This document shows positions 1-12,000 of a stretch of 64,000 nucleotides of DNA, piece after piece. The notes under the pieces were generated by a model. That model ran no database searches. It saw nothing but the letters and a program-made list of their open reading frames with translations, and had not been told where the DNA came from. Origin of the DNA: Nemertoderma westbladi (Eukaryota; Animalia; Xenacoelomorpha); the NCBI GenBank assembly GCA_032718475.1, contig JAUCBJ010003174.1, positions 1 through 64,000 on the forward strand, in the 5' to 3' direction. Position 1 is the first letter of the stretch; every line of letters starts with the position of its first letter. A program made the translations under genes and the position numbers.

Positions 1-1810
1 TATATCATGTCTTAATTGATAAAAATGTAGTTTGCATTATTACGCTGTACTATAGGCTGTACTATATATAATAAGCTTTAGATTTTCTAGGTATATTTTA
101 TGTTAGAAAGCATTGTTTGTGTCAAAAACTGTAACAATGTATATTGGAATTGTTATATTTTTTTGGATAATGATTTATTTTGGTCCCTTTCTTTTTTGTT
201 CAGAAAGTCGATCAATATTTTGTTACAAATTGGATTTTGTGGTCCAAAAACAATATATTTTAAAAATTTTTTGTCAACTTACAGATAATACAGATTTCGT
301 TCAATTTTACACATTTTTGTTGTGTTTGCTGTCATATTGCGCCATCAACTCGATCATTAAAATAAATGGTATCCTTAAACATCGTCCACTTGATCTATCA
401 GCTCCTCTACTAATAGGTAATTTAAGGAATTATTATCTGCGTAGAAATAATCAAGTGCAATGAAGTTGATTGTTTAAATGGGAAGGTCCGATTGTTCCTT
501 CGTTTATATACGGGAGACCTTGTTGGCTACCTTGTCCAACAGCCCTTGGATTGTTTACTCGTGAAACTAAGTCTCTGGTGGACAGAATTCTATTCCGAGA
601 TATTGCCTAACATGAGCGGTTAGTACTTTTGTAGTAACATCTGGTCTAATTGAAACACGGCCACACTACCACACGGCCTCCCTATTATTGCTTTCGTCAT
701 ATTTCCATATCCTGCCCTCTCATTATTACATTCCATGGCATTTGCCTACACTCACCTTCGCTTATCGCATATTAATTCATTATCACCTCGTCCCCCCTCG
801 CGTGGTAACTGCAGTATCGTAATACTCTCTGTCACCAACCGAAACTGAGTATTGCTGTATTGTACATATCGTTATTACGCAAATCCCATCTTGGTGAATA
901 ATCTCGCTTATCAATGTTAAGTAAGGCAAATGAGCAGGTTACAGTGGTACGGTACGTTCTAACCAAAACAATAAACAATAAACCAAAGTCAATAGAAAAG
1001 GTTGCCATTTTATTTTTTGGATAATCAGCTCATTGATTTCCCCTGGTGAGGGATGAATTTGATTGCGTAGAACGCCCCCCCCCCCCCCCCCCCCCTTTAC
1101 CTGCATGTGTGATGTCTTGTGATATTCGATCCATCAGTCATCACATAGCTGCTTCATTCAACGTGAGTTATCTCACATGTCACCACATTATTGGAATACA
1201 GGAATCTTTAGAACATAATAATATAACTCATGAACTTAAATGTCAATATTATTTATTTAGCTGTATTTGGTCAGCCGTCGGATCAAATCAATGTCAATAT
1301 GTTCCAATCGACTTTCTACGAGAAAGCGTTGCTAGCAATACGAGACAATGTGATAACAAACCCCAAAGTCCGTTTATACGACGCCCTCAGTACGCAACCA
1401 GTCCCGCCGGAAGTGCGTCAACTCCTACTGGTCCTGCAACACGCGCCCAAGAAATACGGAACCACAGTGGCCCAGTTTGAGAGATTGGAATCTCTGATTG
1501 CCCTTGTCGTTTCTCCTTATATCGCCACTTCAGGTTTAGTATTATCGAGTTTTTATTCAGTATTAGCACTATTTATCTTTATAGTCGGCTTGTTTAACGA
1601 ACGAACGTAGCGAATTAGTGAAGGTAAATGTCCGAGGATAAGAACACTATAAAGTAGCCAACTTTACAACATGTATTGAATTTAACGGAATTCATTAGGT
1701 TTATTTTCGAACTAATTAAGTTTTATACTACTTCTATTTTTCCACGTCGCTAAGGGTTGCCATGTTTCTGCAGAACTGTCATACTTCCTAGCAAGGAATA
1801 ACTGAACTTA

Positions 1811-2085
1811 TAAGTAAAGTAAAGTAAATTTACTTCGGCCGCTAGGCCAGGGATTACGCACAAAGTCTGACGACTTATTTCCAGTGCGGTCCCCCCAGAA
1901 CTTTACTCCCCAGAGGAAATTCCAGTACTCATTTAGCTACCACTTAAGGATGTAAGGCAAAGATGCGCCCTGGCTGGTCCCTTTAAAGCATTCGTGCCGA
2001 AACGAAAACTGCCCTGGCCCATGTGAGGATCGAACCCACGACCTACGGGAGATGTGAATTCAATGCAACCACTACACCAAGGTGG
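1811..2085 (-). mobile_element. tRNA-derived SINE-like element
   Basis: Minus strand begins with a tRNA-like head (TGGTGTAGTGG A-box, GGTTCGATCC B-box, ~2080-2015) and ends in a short (AAAGT)n/(TTTAC)n tail at ~1811-1830. Confidence 0.6.
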
Positions 2086-3212
2086 AACCTAAGTCGAAGT
2101 AACTTTTTAATATTAATTAATTTTATATTTTATTTATTTATTGTTTTACTTCATATACGGTATATATTTTTTAATTGGCCCCATTTAGGGAAATATTTAT
2201 GAGTTATATTTAACGTATTAGTAATATTAACGTAAATTAACGTATATAGTAATTGTAGACTATAATCGATGCATTCCATCTTATGTGTTTTATGACCAAT
2301 TAGTCAACAGTGGTAATAGCGATACTAGACGATATAATTAACCCTTTTGTGACTACATTTTTTAGGATTCTATGTCGACGGCAAGAAGTTGTCACTGAGA
2401 GATTTAATACCATCAACCGATGACGTCACACCACGGAACACGGAACCATGACGACCATATTTGGGCAGATAGTCCCATATCATTGTTCTTCCAATCATTT
2501 ACTATATCTATATCATTTACTTTATGTATGTGCATTGTACATATTTTATGGAAGTAATGGAAAGGAAATTAAAAATAAATTGAAAAAATAAATTGAAATT
2601 TATTATCATTACCGAGTGAAGCACTTTGGAGAATCGTTACTCTTTAATAATATACCTGTATTATATTTCTTACAATTATCGCGCATGCGCAGTCTATATA
2701 AAGTATCATCTCTCCACTCTACCCGTTACTTATGGCGGATGACTAATTGGGAGTGAAGTTAACAAACGTTAATAACTTTAGGGTCATATAGTAATTATAG
2801 ATTCAAATGTAAATAGTCCTAAATATGTTTATATATTTTTCTTGGAACATGTTGAAACCGATATATGCTTTGGTGTTCGCTAAACCCTAAAACTATCATA
2901 CTATTTGAAATCCAAATGTAATTAACAAATTATTATTGTAAATTTTCTTCTATCTCAAAAATTGTGCTAATAATATTGGAATGAATTTTATACATAAAGA
3001 ACAAATTAAAGAAATAATACTGTTAATTATAATAATAATGTAAAGTTGTTGGTGTTTAGTTTTTGGTATATTATAGGCCAGTATATTTGTATGTTAAATC
3101 ACCATAATTCAGTCCAGTAAAATAAAAAAATTGACAAATAATTATTATGAAACCCATTAGTTGTATACATTTAATTGTGTTTATTATTTAATTTTAATTT
3201 GTGGCTGAATAA

Positions 3213-4775
3213 TAGGTTTCAATTGACTCATGTTGGTGGAACAAGTTTCAATTGACTCATGTTGGTGGAACAAGTTTCAATTGACTCATGTTGGTGGAAC
3301 AAGTTTCAATTGAGTCATATTGGTGCTACAAGATTTAATTAACTCTTGTTGGTGGAACAAGTTTACAATTGAGTCATATTGGTGCTACAAGATTTAATTA
3401 ACTCTTGTTGGTGGAACAAGTTTACAATTGAGTCATATTGGTGCTACAAGATTTAATTAACTCTTGTTGGTGGAACAAGTTTACAGTTGAGTCATATTGG
3501 TGCTACAAGATTTAATTAACTCTTGTTGGTGGAACAAGTTTACAATTGAGTCATATTGGTGCTACAAGATTTAATTAACTCTTGTTGGTGGAACAAGTTT
3601 ACAATTGAGTTATATTGGCGGAACAAGTTTCAATAATTGCCCTGGTAGAGCAGGTTTCATTTGACTCTTGTTGGTGGAACAAGTTTCATTTGACTCTTGT
3701 TGGTGGAACAAGTTTCATTTGACTCTTGTCGGTTTAACAAGTTTCATTTGACTCTTGTCGGTTTAACAAGTTTCATTTGAATATTGTTGGTGGAACAAGT
3801 TTCATTTGACTCTTGTTGGTGGAACAAGTTTCATTTGACTCTTGTTGGTGGAACAAGTTTCATTTGACTCTTGTTGGTGGAACAAGTTTTATTTGAATAT
3901 TTTTTGTGGAACAAGTTTCATTGACTCTTGTCGGTTTACCAAGTTTCATATGAATATTGTTGGTGGAACAAGTTTCATTTGACTCTTGTTGGTGGAACAA
4001 GTTTCATTTGACTCTTGTCGGTTTAACAAGTTTCATTTGAATACTGTTGGTGGAACAAGTTTCAATTGACTCTTGTCGGTTTAACAAGTTTCATTTGAAT
4101 ATTGTTGGTGGAACAAGTTTCAATTGACTCTTGTCGGTTTAACAAGTTTCATTTGAATATTGTTGGTGGAACAAGTTTCAATTGACTCTTGTCGGTTTAC
4201 CAAGTTTCATTTGAATATTGTTGTTGGATCAAGTTTAATTTGACTCTTGTCGGTTTAAGAAGTTTCATTTGAATATTGTTGGTGGAACAAGTTTCATTTG
4301 ACTCTTGTTGGTGGAACTAGTTTCAATTGACTCTTGTCGGTTTACCAAGTTTCATTTAACTCTTGTTGGTGGAACAAGTTTCATTTGACTCTTGTTGGTG
4401 GAACAAGTTTCATTTGAATATTGTTGGTGGAACAAGTTTCAATTGACTCTTGTCGGTTTAACAAGTTTCATTTGAATATTGTTGGTGGAACAAGTTTCAA
4501 TTGACTCTTGTCGGTTTAACAAGTTTCATTTGAATATTGTTGGTGGAACAAGTTTCAATAAATTGACTCTTGATGGTGGAACAGGTTTCAATTGACTCAT
4601 GTTGGTGGAACAAGTTTCATTTGACTCTTGATGGTGGAACAAGGTACAATTGAGTCATATTGGTGGAATAAGTTACAATTTAATGACATCGAAGGAATAG
4701 TTTTCATTTTAAAATATATTTCAATTAATTATTTTTGGTGGAACAAGTTTCAATTAATTCTTGTCGGTGGAACAG
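3213..4775. repeat. 29-bp minisatellite (gactcttgttggtggaacaagtttcattt), ~50 variable copies, upstream of the first dynein exon
   Basis: Directly visible period of ~29-30 bp with alternating variants; no exon sequence in the unit. Confidence 0.9.
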
Positions 4776-5338
4776 ATTAAATATATTCTTGCTAAGTGCA
4801 TGAAGCTTTCATTTACTTAAATTTTAAACTTAATTTAATTAAATAGGTTTCAATCAAGAAACATACTTATTATTGATTAATTTTGTAAATTTAGTAAATC
4901 GAATACTATTTCAACCCAATAAACAGGAATCCTATAAAGTTGTACTATAAAGCGGTCAGGTATGTTGTATGTTTACAACACAAAGGCCTTCTAACAAATA
5001 CAAATACAATCAAGAGTATGAACACAATAAAAATATAAAATATAAATTGAATTTACTACAATATAAAAGTGGAAATATATAATACAAAACACAAAGAAAT
5101 ATACCTATAAAGTGGTACATGTATCCTCTGAATTGGTACATTTATCCTCCTGTAATAATAATTTTGTTAAAATATTCTATAATAATTTAATTTAAAATGT
5201 GTAATAACTTCATGCAGAAAAAAAAATTAACCAGTGATATTTAATAAAAAAAAAAATAACTAATTTATTAATTTTATATTCTTATTCTTTTGTATGAATC
5301 TATAATTTTGGTCTGCTATGTTATTGACTTGCTTATAG

Positions 5339-5551
5339 GTTGAAGAGGCGTGGAAATCCATGGAGTTTATTATTTTGCCTCACCGTGAGTCTAAAGACGT
5401 GTTTATAATGGGAGGCACTGACGATATTCAGGTTCTATTGGACGACAGTAACGTCAACATATCGACGATCGCGAGCAGTCGGCATGTAGGACCGATTCGA
5501 CCTCGCGTAGAGGAGTGGGTCAAGAGTTTGGTTCTATTTGGCGACACATTG
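5339..5551 (+). CDS. DNAH6: Axonemal dynein heavy chain exon (linker/DHC_N2 region), first exon visible in window
   Basis: ttatag|GTT GAA GAG GCG TGG...GAC ACA TTG|gtgaga; encodes VEEAWKSMEFIILPHRESKDVFIMGGTDDIQVLLDDS...FGDTL; phase 0 joins the next exon in frame. Confidence 0.88.
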
Positions 5552-7386
5552 GTGAGACTCTCGTTAAATATTATTATTATCCTTCGTATGTCCTTTAAAT
5601 CATGGTACATTAACTATATCGTATAGTATTTTCAAATAATACATGACACCACTTGACTGTGATATAGTAGATTCATTATTATGAAAAAACATTATGAAAG
5701 TTTTGTATACCAATTCCCGAAGTTATCGCACTAAAGTAAGACGTAGTGTAACAGCGTTATATTATTTATTTGGTGATGGCCATCACAAATATATATAGTT
5801 TGTAAAATATATTTGGTCTGCACTGATATGCCCATTCGAAACTATATAGTGCGGATTTTGAAGCTTTTGACCCCTTCGAAAAGGTTCTTGGGATATAAAA
5901 ACAAAAGGTGAAGGCAGGTTCAATACAACACCATCGCTCGCATCAATCCAATAAAAGCATACAACCATAATACACCGAGGGTCAGTTATCAGATACAGAT
6001 TAAAATTGAGCAATTCTATCCCAAAATCGGTACTTAAGAAATTTAAATAAATAATTAAGAAAATTTAACCAAACTTTTACTTAAAAAAAAACTTTCGCAT
6101 TGGCAGCTTGGCATCGATGTCATAGAAGTCCACAGTCAAACTACTCAAAAAATTCAATGCATTCTTCAGTCCTCGGGTCTCGCTCATCGGTTACTCCAGT
6201 TTGCCCGTAGCGCTAGCGCAGTAGCGATACCAAAAGTCGAGGTCGCCAACGACACTGCGACAGACAGAGGTGGTGGCCTTGATGCCGAGTTATTTGAGTA
6301 CCGGTACAATTCCAAAATGTTGCTGGGTATTGCAGTATTGGGCCTAGTGCAGTAGCGGATACCGGGACATGGAATAAAGGTCAGCTGGTACAACCTGATA
6401 ATATGTCAGTCTGTCTTAAGTCCGCATAATTTCAAAACTTCCATGGCTGCCGTTGCCGAGCATGATTGGCGGGTGGCGCCAACGACCTGAAGACGGTACC
6501 GGTAACTTTGTACCACTGTAACACACAGTACCGTACTGTAAAACATATGTTTAATAAGATTAAGGTACCGGTGTCGTACTCTGAACTCTGCAATCTGGAA
6601 ATGCTGGAATGGCTGAAAGTGAAATAGGCCTACCACACTTCCCAAGGCCACATTATTGCGGCATTGTACCGTTATTACTGAATCTCAAACCCACCTGATA
6701 TATCCTGCAGTCTCCTAGCAACCAGCTGATGCCAAGCCTAATAATTTTTGGATAGATAAATTTATTAGAACTGCAAGACAGTTACACAGATTCTGCACGA
6801 AGACCCCACGCAAATTCAACTTGGAAAATTTCTAAACTTTTGCCAGACTACATATGTACCAAGTTTGGATATATTTTATTGAGATTTGGCTGAGTTATTA
6901 ACGTTTAAAATTGGACACAACAGATCAACAGAACAACAGACACACCGATTGAGTTAGTGGTACCCGTATGCTAAGCTCGCTTACTTTCGTCGCTCGCCCC
7001 ACATATATTATTGCTTGCAATTAATTACCTTACAGAGTCAAGAACAGATTCAGTTAGTTTCTAACTTTGTTCCTTTAAAGCTTTAAGTTTGTTTGAGTCG
7101 GAATAATTAGTTGCTCTTGATATTTTGGGAAACTATAACGCTGACTCAACAAACCGCTTATTCTTCGTTTATTTGGCTTGATTCAATACACACTACCTAC
7201 TTAAGTTAGCTTGAATCCGGCTTAGCTAAAGCCAGTTCGCAACTAGCTTGAGAAACTAATACCTCAATGATTGAGCATAGAACGGAGCTTTGGTGTACCT
7301 TAAACAACTCGAAGTAGAACGCAATATGGTTCCTAATCAATGATTTAATCAATTAATTAATTTGTAATATTGTTTCTCCTATTCAG

Positions 7387-7567
7387 GATGAGTGGATGAA
7401 CTGTCAGCGAAACTGGTTGTATCTCGAATCGATATTCAGCGCCCCTGATATCCAAAGACAATTGCCTGCCGAAGCCAAGATGTTTATGCAGGTGGATAAA
7501 AGCTGGAAGGATATAATGAGAAAAACGAACAGATTGCCCAACGCAATGCGAGCCGCAACCCTACCTG
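7387..7567 (+). CDS. DNAH6: Dynein heavy chain exon 2 in window
   Basis: ttcag|GAT GAG TGG...CCT G|gtaagt; DEWMNCQRNWLYLESIFSAPDIQRQLPAEAKMFMQVDKSWKDIMRK...PNAMRAATLP, very close to recalled human DNAH6. Confidence 0.92.
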
Positions 7568-8441
7568 GTAAGTCTAACTCAATGCGAGCCGCAACCCTAC
7601 CTGGTAAGTCTAACTCAATGCGAGCCGCAACCCTACCTGGTAAGTCTAACTCAATGCGAGCCGCAACCCTACCTGGTAAGTCTAACTCAATGCGAGCTGC
7701 AACCCTACCTGGTAAGTCTAACTCAATGCGAGCTGCAACCCTACCTGGTAAGTCTAACTCAATGCGAGCCGCAACCCTACCTGGTAAGTCTAACTCAATG
7801 CGAGCTGCAACCCTACCTGGTAAGGCAACCCTACCTGGTAAGTCTAACTCAATGCGAGCTGCAACCCTACCTGGTAAGTCTAACTCAATGCGAGCCGCAA
7901 CCCTACCTGGTAAGTCTAACTCAATGCGAGCTGCAACCCTACCTGGTAAGTCTAACTCAATGCGAGCCGCAACCCTACCTGGTAAGTCTAACTCAATGCG
8001 AGCCGCAACCCTACCTGGTAAGTCTAACTCAATGCGAGCTGCAACCCTACCTGGTAAGTCTAACTCAATGCGAGCCGCAACCCTACCTGGTAAGTCTAAC
8101 TCAATGCGAGCTGCAACCCTACCTGGTAAGTCTAACTCAATGCGAGCTGCAACCCTACCTGGTAAGTCTAACTCAATGCGAGCCGCAACCCTACCTGGTA
8201 AGTCTAACTCAATGCGAGCTGCAACCCTACCTGGTAAGTCTAACTCAATGCGAGCCGCAACCCTACCTGGTAAGTCTAACTCAATGCGAGCTGCAACCCT
8301 ACCTGGTAAGTCTAACTCAATGCGAGCTGCAACCCTACCTGGTAAGTCTAACTCAATGCGAGCTGCAACCCTACCTGGTAAGTCTAACTCAATGCGAGTT
8401 GCAACCCTACCTGGTAAGTCTAACTCAATGCGAGCTGCAAC
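7544..8441 (+). repeat. 36-bp tandem array of the exon-2 donor junction, ~25 copies
   Basis: Unit aatgcgagccgcaaccctacctg|gtaagtctaactc = 23 nt of exon + 13 nt of intron; one shortened unit near 7825. Confidence 0.97.
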
Positions 8442-8587
8442 CGCTCACATAGTTTGCCACGCTTTGCCGCCCTTCGCCACTCATAGTTTTGTAGAATTTA
8501 TAACAGAGATATCTGAACAGATTGAATGATACTTGTACTCTTTATTTTATGCCTAACAGTTATTTATTAAAATTATATTTATTATAG

Positions 8588-8730
8588 GACTTTTGGAAAC
8601 ATTTAAGACCAACAACACATTGTTAGACCAAATAATGAAATGTTTGGAGCAATATCTGGAATCCAAGCGGGCTTTGTTTCCGAGATTCTATTTCCTTTCT
8701 AACGACGAATTACTCGAGATTCTAGCTCAG
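8588..8730 (+). CDS. DNAH6: Dynein heavy chain exon 3 in window
   Basis: tatag|GA CTT TTG GAA...GCT CAG|gtctgt; GLLETFKTNNTLLDQIMKCLEQYLESKRALFPRFYFLSNDELLEILAQ contains the canonical dynein FPRFYFLSNDELLEIL motif; phases match both neighbours. Confidence 0.93.
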
Positions 8731-8830
8731 GTCTGTAACTTTTTGTTTAGGTCTTTAACCTTTCCGCTCAGGTTTGAAACTTTTTCACTTTGGTCTGTAA
8801 CTTTTCCACTCAGGTTTGTAACTTTTCTTC
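8726..8830 (+). repeat. Degenerate ~21-bp repeats of the exon-3 donor, ~5 copies, filling most of a 113-bp intron
   Basis: ctcag|gtctgtaactttt, tttag|gtctttaacctt, ctcag|gtttgaaacttt, ctttg|gtctgtaactttt, ctcag|gtttgtaactttt. Confidence 0.75.
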
Positions 8831-8843
8831 CCTTTGTTTATAG

Positions 8844-9036
8844 ACCAGGAACCCCCACGCCGTTCAGCCTCATCTACGTAAATGTTTCGACGCCATCGCG
8901 CTGCTGGAGTTCGGCGGCGGTGATGCCGGGGAAACTGGTGGCGATCAGCTGGCCAAGACGGTTTCGAACGACATCCTCGCCATGATCAGTCCTGAGAAAG
9001 AGAGAGTCAGTCTGGGGAAGGGGTTGAAAGCACGGG
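8844..9036 (+). CDS. DNAH6: Dynein heavy chain exon 4 in window
   Basis: tatag|ACC AGG AAC CCC...GCA CGG G|gtgcgt; TRNPHAVQPHLRKCFDAIALLEF...DILAMISPEKERVSLGKGLKAR. Confidence 0.92.
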
Positions 9037-12000
9037 GTGCGTATTGGTTGCTATGGGAGGGGGTTGAAAGCACGGGGTGCGTATTGGTTGCTATGGGAGG
9101 GGGTTGAAAGCACGGGGTGCGTATTGGTTGCTATGGGAGGGGGTTGAAAGCACGAGGTGCGTATTGGTTGCTATGGGAGGGGGTTGAAAGCACGAGGTGC
9201 GTATTGGTTGCTATGGGAGGGGGTTGAAAGCACGGGGTGCGTATTGGTTGCTATGGGAGGGGGTTGAAAGCACGAGGTGCGTATTGGTTGCTATGGGAAG
9301 GGGTTGAAAGCACGGGGTGCGTATTGGTTGCTATGGGAGGGGGTTGAAAGCACGGGGTGCGTATTGGTTGCTATGGGAGGGGGTTGAAAGCACGAGGTGC
9401 GTATTGGTTGCTATGGGAGGGGGTTGAAAGCACGGGGTGCGTATTGGTTGCTATGGGAGGGGGTTGAAAGCACGGGGTGCGTATTGGTTGCTATGGGAGG
9501 GGGTTGAAAGCACGAGGTGCGTATTGGTTGCTATGGGAAGGGGTTGAAAGCACGGGGTGCGTATTGGTTGCTATGGGAGGGGGTTGAAAGCACGAGGTGC
9601 GTATTGGTTGCTATGGGAAGGGGTTGAAAGCACGGGGTGCGTATTGGTTGCTATGGGAGGGGGTTGAAAGCACGGGGTGCGTATTGGTTGCTATGGGAGG
9701 GGGTTGAAAGCACGAGGTGCGTATTGGTTGCTATGGGAGGGGGTTGAAAGCACGGGGTGCGTATTGGTTGCTATGGGAGGGGGTTGAAAGCACGAGGTGC
9801 GTATTGGTTGCTATGGGAAGGGGTTGAAAGCACGGGGTGCGTATTGGTTGCTATGGGAGGGGGTTGAAAGCACGGGGTGCGTATTGGTTGCTATGGGAAG
9901 GGGTTGAAAGCACGAGGTGCGTATTGGTTGCTATGGGAGGGGGTTGAAAGCACGGGGTGCGTATTGGTTGCTATGGGAGGGGGTTGAAAGCACGAGGTGC
10001 GTATTGGTTGCTATGGGAGGGGGTTGAAAGCACGGGGTGCGTATTGGTTGCTATGGGAGGGGGTTGAAAGCACGAGGTGCGTATTGGTTGCTATGGGAGG
10101 GGGTTGAAAGCACGAGGTGCGTATTGGTTGCTATGGGAGGGGGTTGAAAGCACGGGGTGCGTATTGGTTGCTATGGGAGGGGGTTGAAAGCACGAGGTGC
10201 GTATTGGTTGCTATGGGAGGGGGTTGAAAGCACGGGGTGCGTATTGGTTGCTATGGGAGGGGGTTGAAAGCACGAGGTGAGTATTGGTTGCTATGGGAGG
10301 GGGTTGAAAGCACGGGGTGCGTATTGGTTGCTATGGGAGGGGGTTGAAAGCACGGGGTGCGTATTGGTTGCTATGGGAGGGGGTTGAAAGCACGAGGTGC
10401 GTATTGGTTGCTATGGGAGGGGGTTGAAAGCACGGGGTGCGTATTGGTTGCTATGGGAGGGGGTTGAAAGCACGAGGTGAGTATTGGTTGCTATGGTAGG
10501 GGGTTGAAAGCACGGGGTGCGTATTGGTTGCTATGGGAAGGGGTTGAAAGCACGAGGTGCGTATTGGTTGGTATGGGAGGGGGTTGAAAGCACGGGGTGC
10601 GTATTGGTTGCTATGGGAGGGGGTTGAAAGCACGGGGTGCGTATTGGTTGCTATGGGAAGGGGTTGAAAGCACGGGGTGCGTATTGGTTGCTATGGGAGG
10701 GGGTTGAAAGTACGGGGTGCGTATTGGTTGCTATGGGAGGGGGTTGAAAGCACGGGGTGCGTATTGGTTGCTATGGGAGGGGGTTGAAAGCACGAGGTGC
10801 GTATTGGTTGCTATGGGAGGGGGTTGAAAGCACGGGGTGCGTATTGGTTGCTATGGGAGGGGGTTGAAAGCACGGGGTGCGTATTGGTTGCTATGGGAGG
10901 GGGTTGAAAGCACGAGGTGCGTATTGGTTGCTATGGGAGGGGGTTGAAAGCACGGGGTGCGTATTGGTTGCTATGGGAGGGGGTTGAAAGCACGAGGTGC
11001 GTATTGGTTGCTATGGGAGGGGGTTGAAAGCACGGGGTGCGTATTGGTTGCTATGGGAAGGGGTTGAAAGCACGAGGTGCGTATTGGTTGGTATGGGAGG
11101 GGGTTGAAAGCACGGGGTGCGTATTGGTTGCTATGGGAGGGGGTTGAAAGCACGAGGTGCGTATTGGTTGCTATGGGAAGGGGTTGAAAGCACGGGGTGC
11201 GTATTGGTTGCTATGGGAGGGGGTTGAAAGCACGGGGTGCGTATTGGTTGCTATGGGAAGGGGTTGAAAGCACGAGGTGCGTATTGGTTGGTATGGGAGG
11301 GGGTTGAAAGCACGGGGTGCGTATTGGTTGCTATGGGAGGGGGTTGAAAGCACGAGGTGCGTATTGGTTGCTATGGGAGGGGGTTGAAAGCACGGGGTGG
11401 GTATTGGTTGCTATGGGAGGGGGTTGAAAGCACGAGGTGCGTATTGGTTGCTATGGGAGGGGGTTGAAAGCACGAGGTGCGTATTGGTTGCTATGGGAGG
11501 GGGTTGAAAGCACGGGGTGGGTATTGGTTGCTATGGGAGGGGGTTGAAAGCACGAGGTGCGTATTGGTTGCTATGGGAGGGGGTTGAAAGCACGGGGTGC
11601 GTATTGGTTGCTATGGGAGGGGGTTGAAAGCACGAGGTGAGTATTGGTTGCTATGGTAGGGGGTTGAAAGCACGGGGTGCGTATTGGTTGCTATGGTAGG
11701 GGGTTGAAAGCACGGGGTGCGTATTGGTTGCTATGGGAGGGGGTTGAAAGCACGAGGTGCGTATTGGTTGCTATGGGAGGGGGTTGAAAGCACGGGGTGC
11801 GTATTGGTTGCTATGGGAGGGGGTTGAAAGCACGAGGTGAGTATTGGTTGCTATGGTAGGGGGTTGAAAGCACGGGGTGCGTATTGGTTGCTATGGGAAG
11901 GGGTTGAAAGCACGAGGTGCGTATTGGTTGCTATGGGAGGGGGTTGAAAGCACGGGGTGCGTATTGGTTGCTATGGGAGGGGGTTGAAAGCACGGGGTGC

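Noticed and set aside
100-1610. ORFs at the window start
   Set aside because: No recognisable homology or consistent splice structure; they overlap a dispersed repeat (also seen near 17960 and 54670) and a poly-C run.
3213-4775. 29-bp array as another donor array
   Set aside because: No adjacent exon and no dynein-like coding in the unit; it counts as a counter-example.
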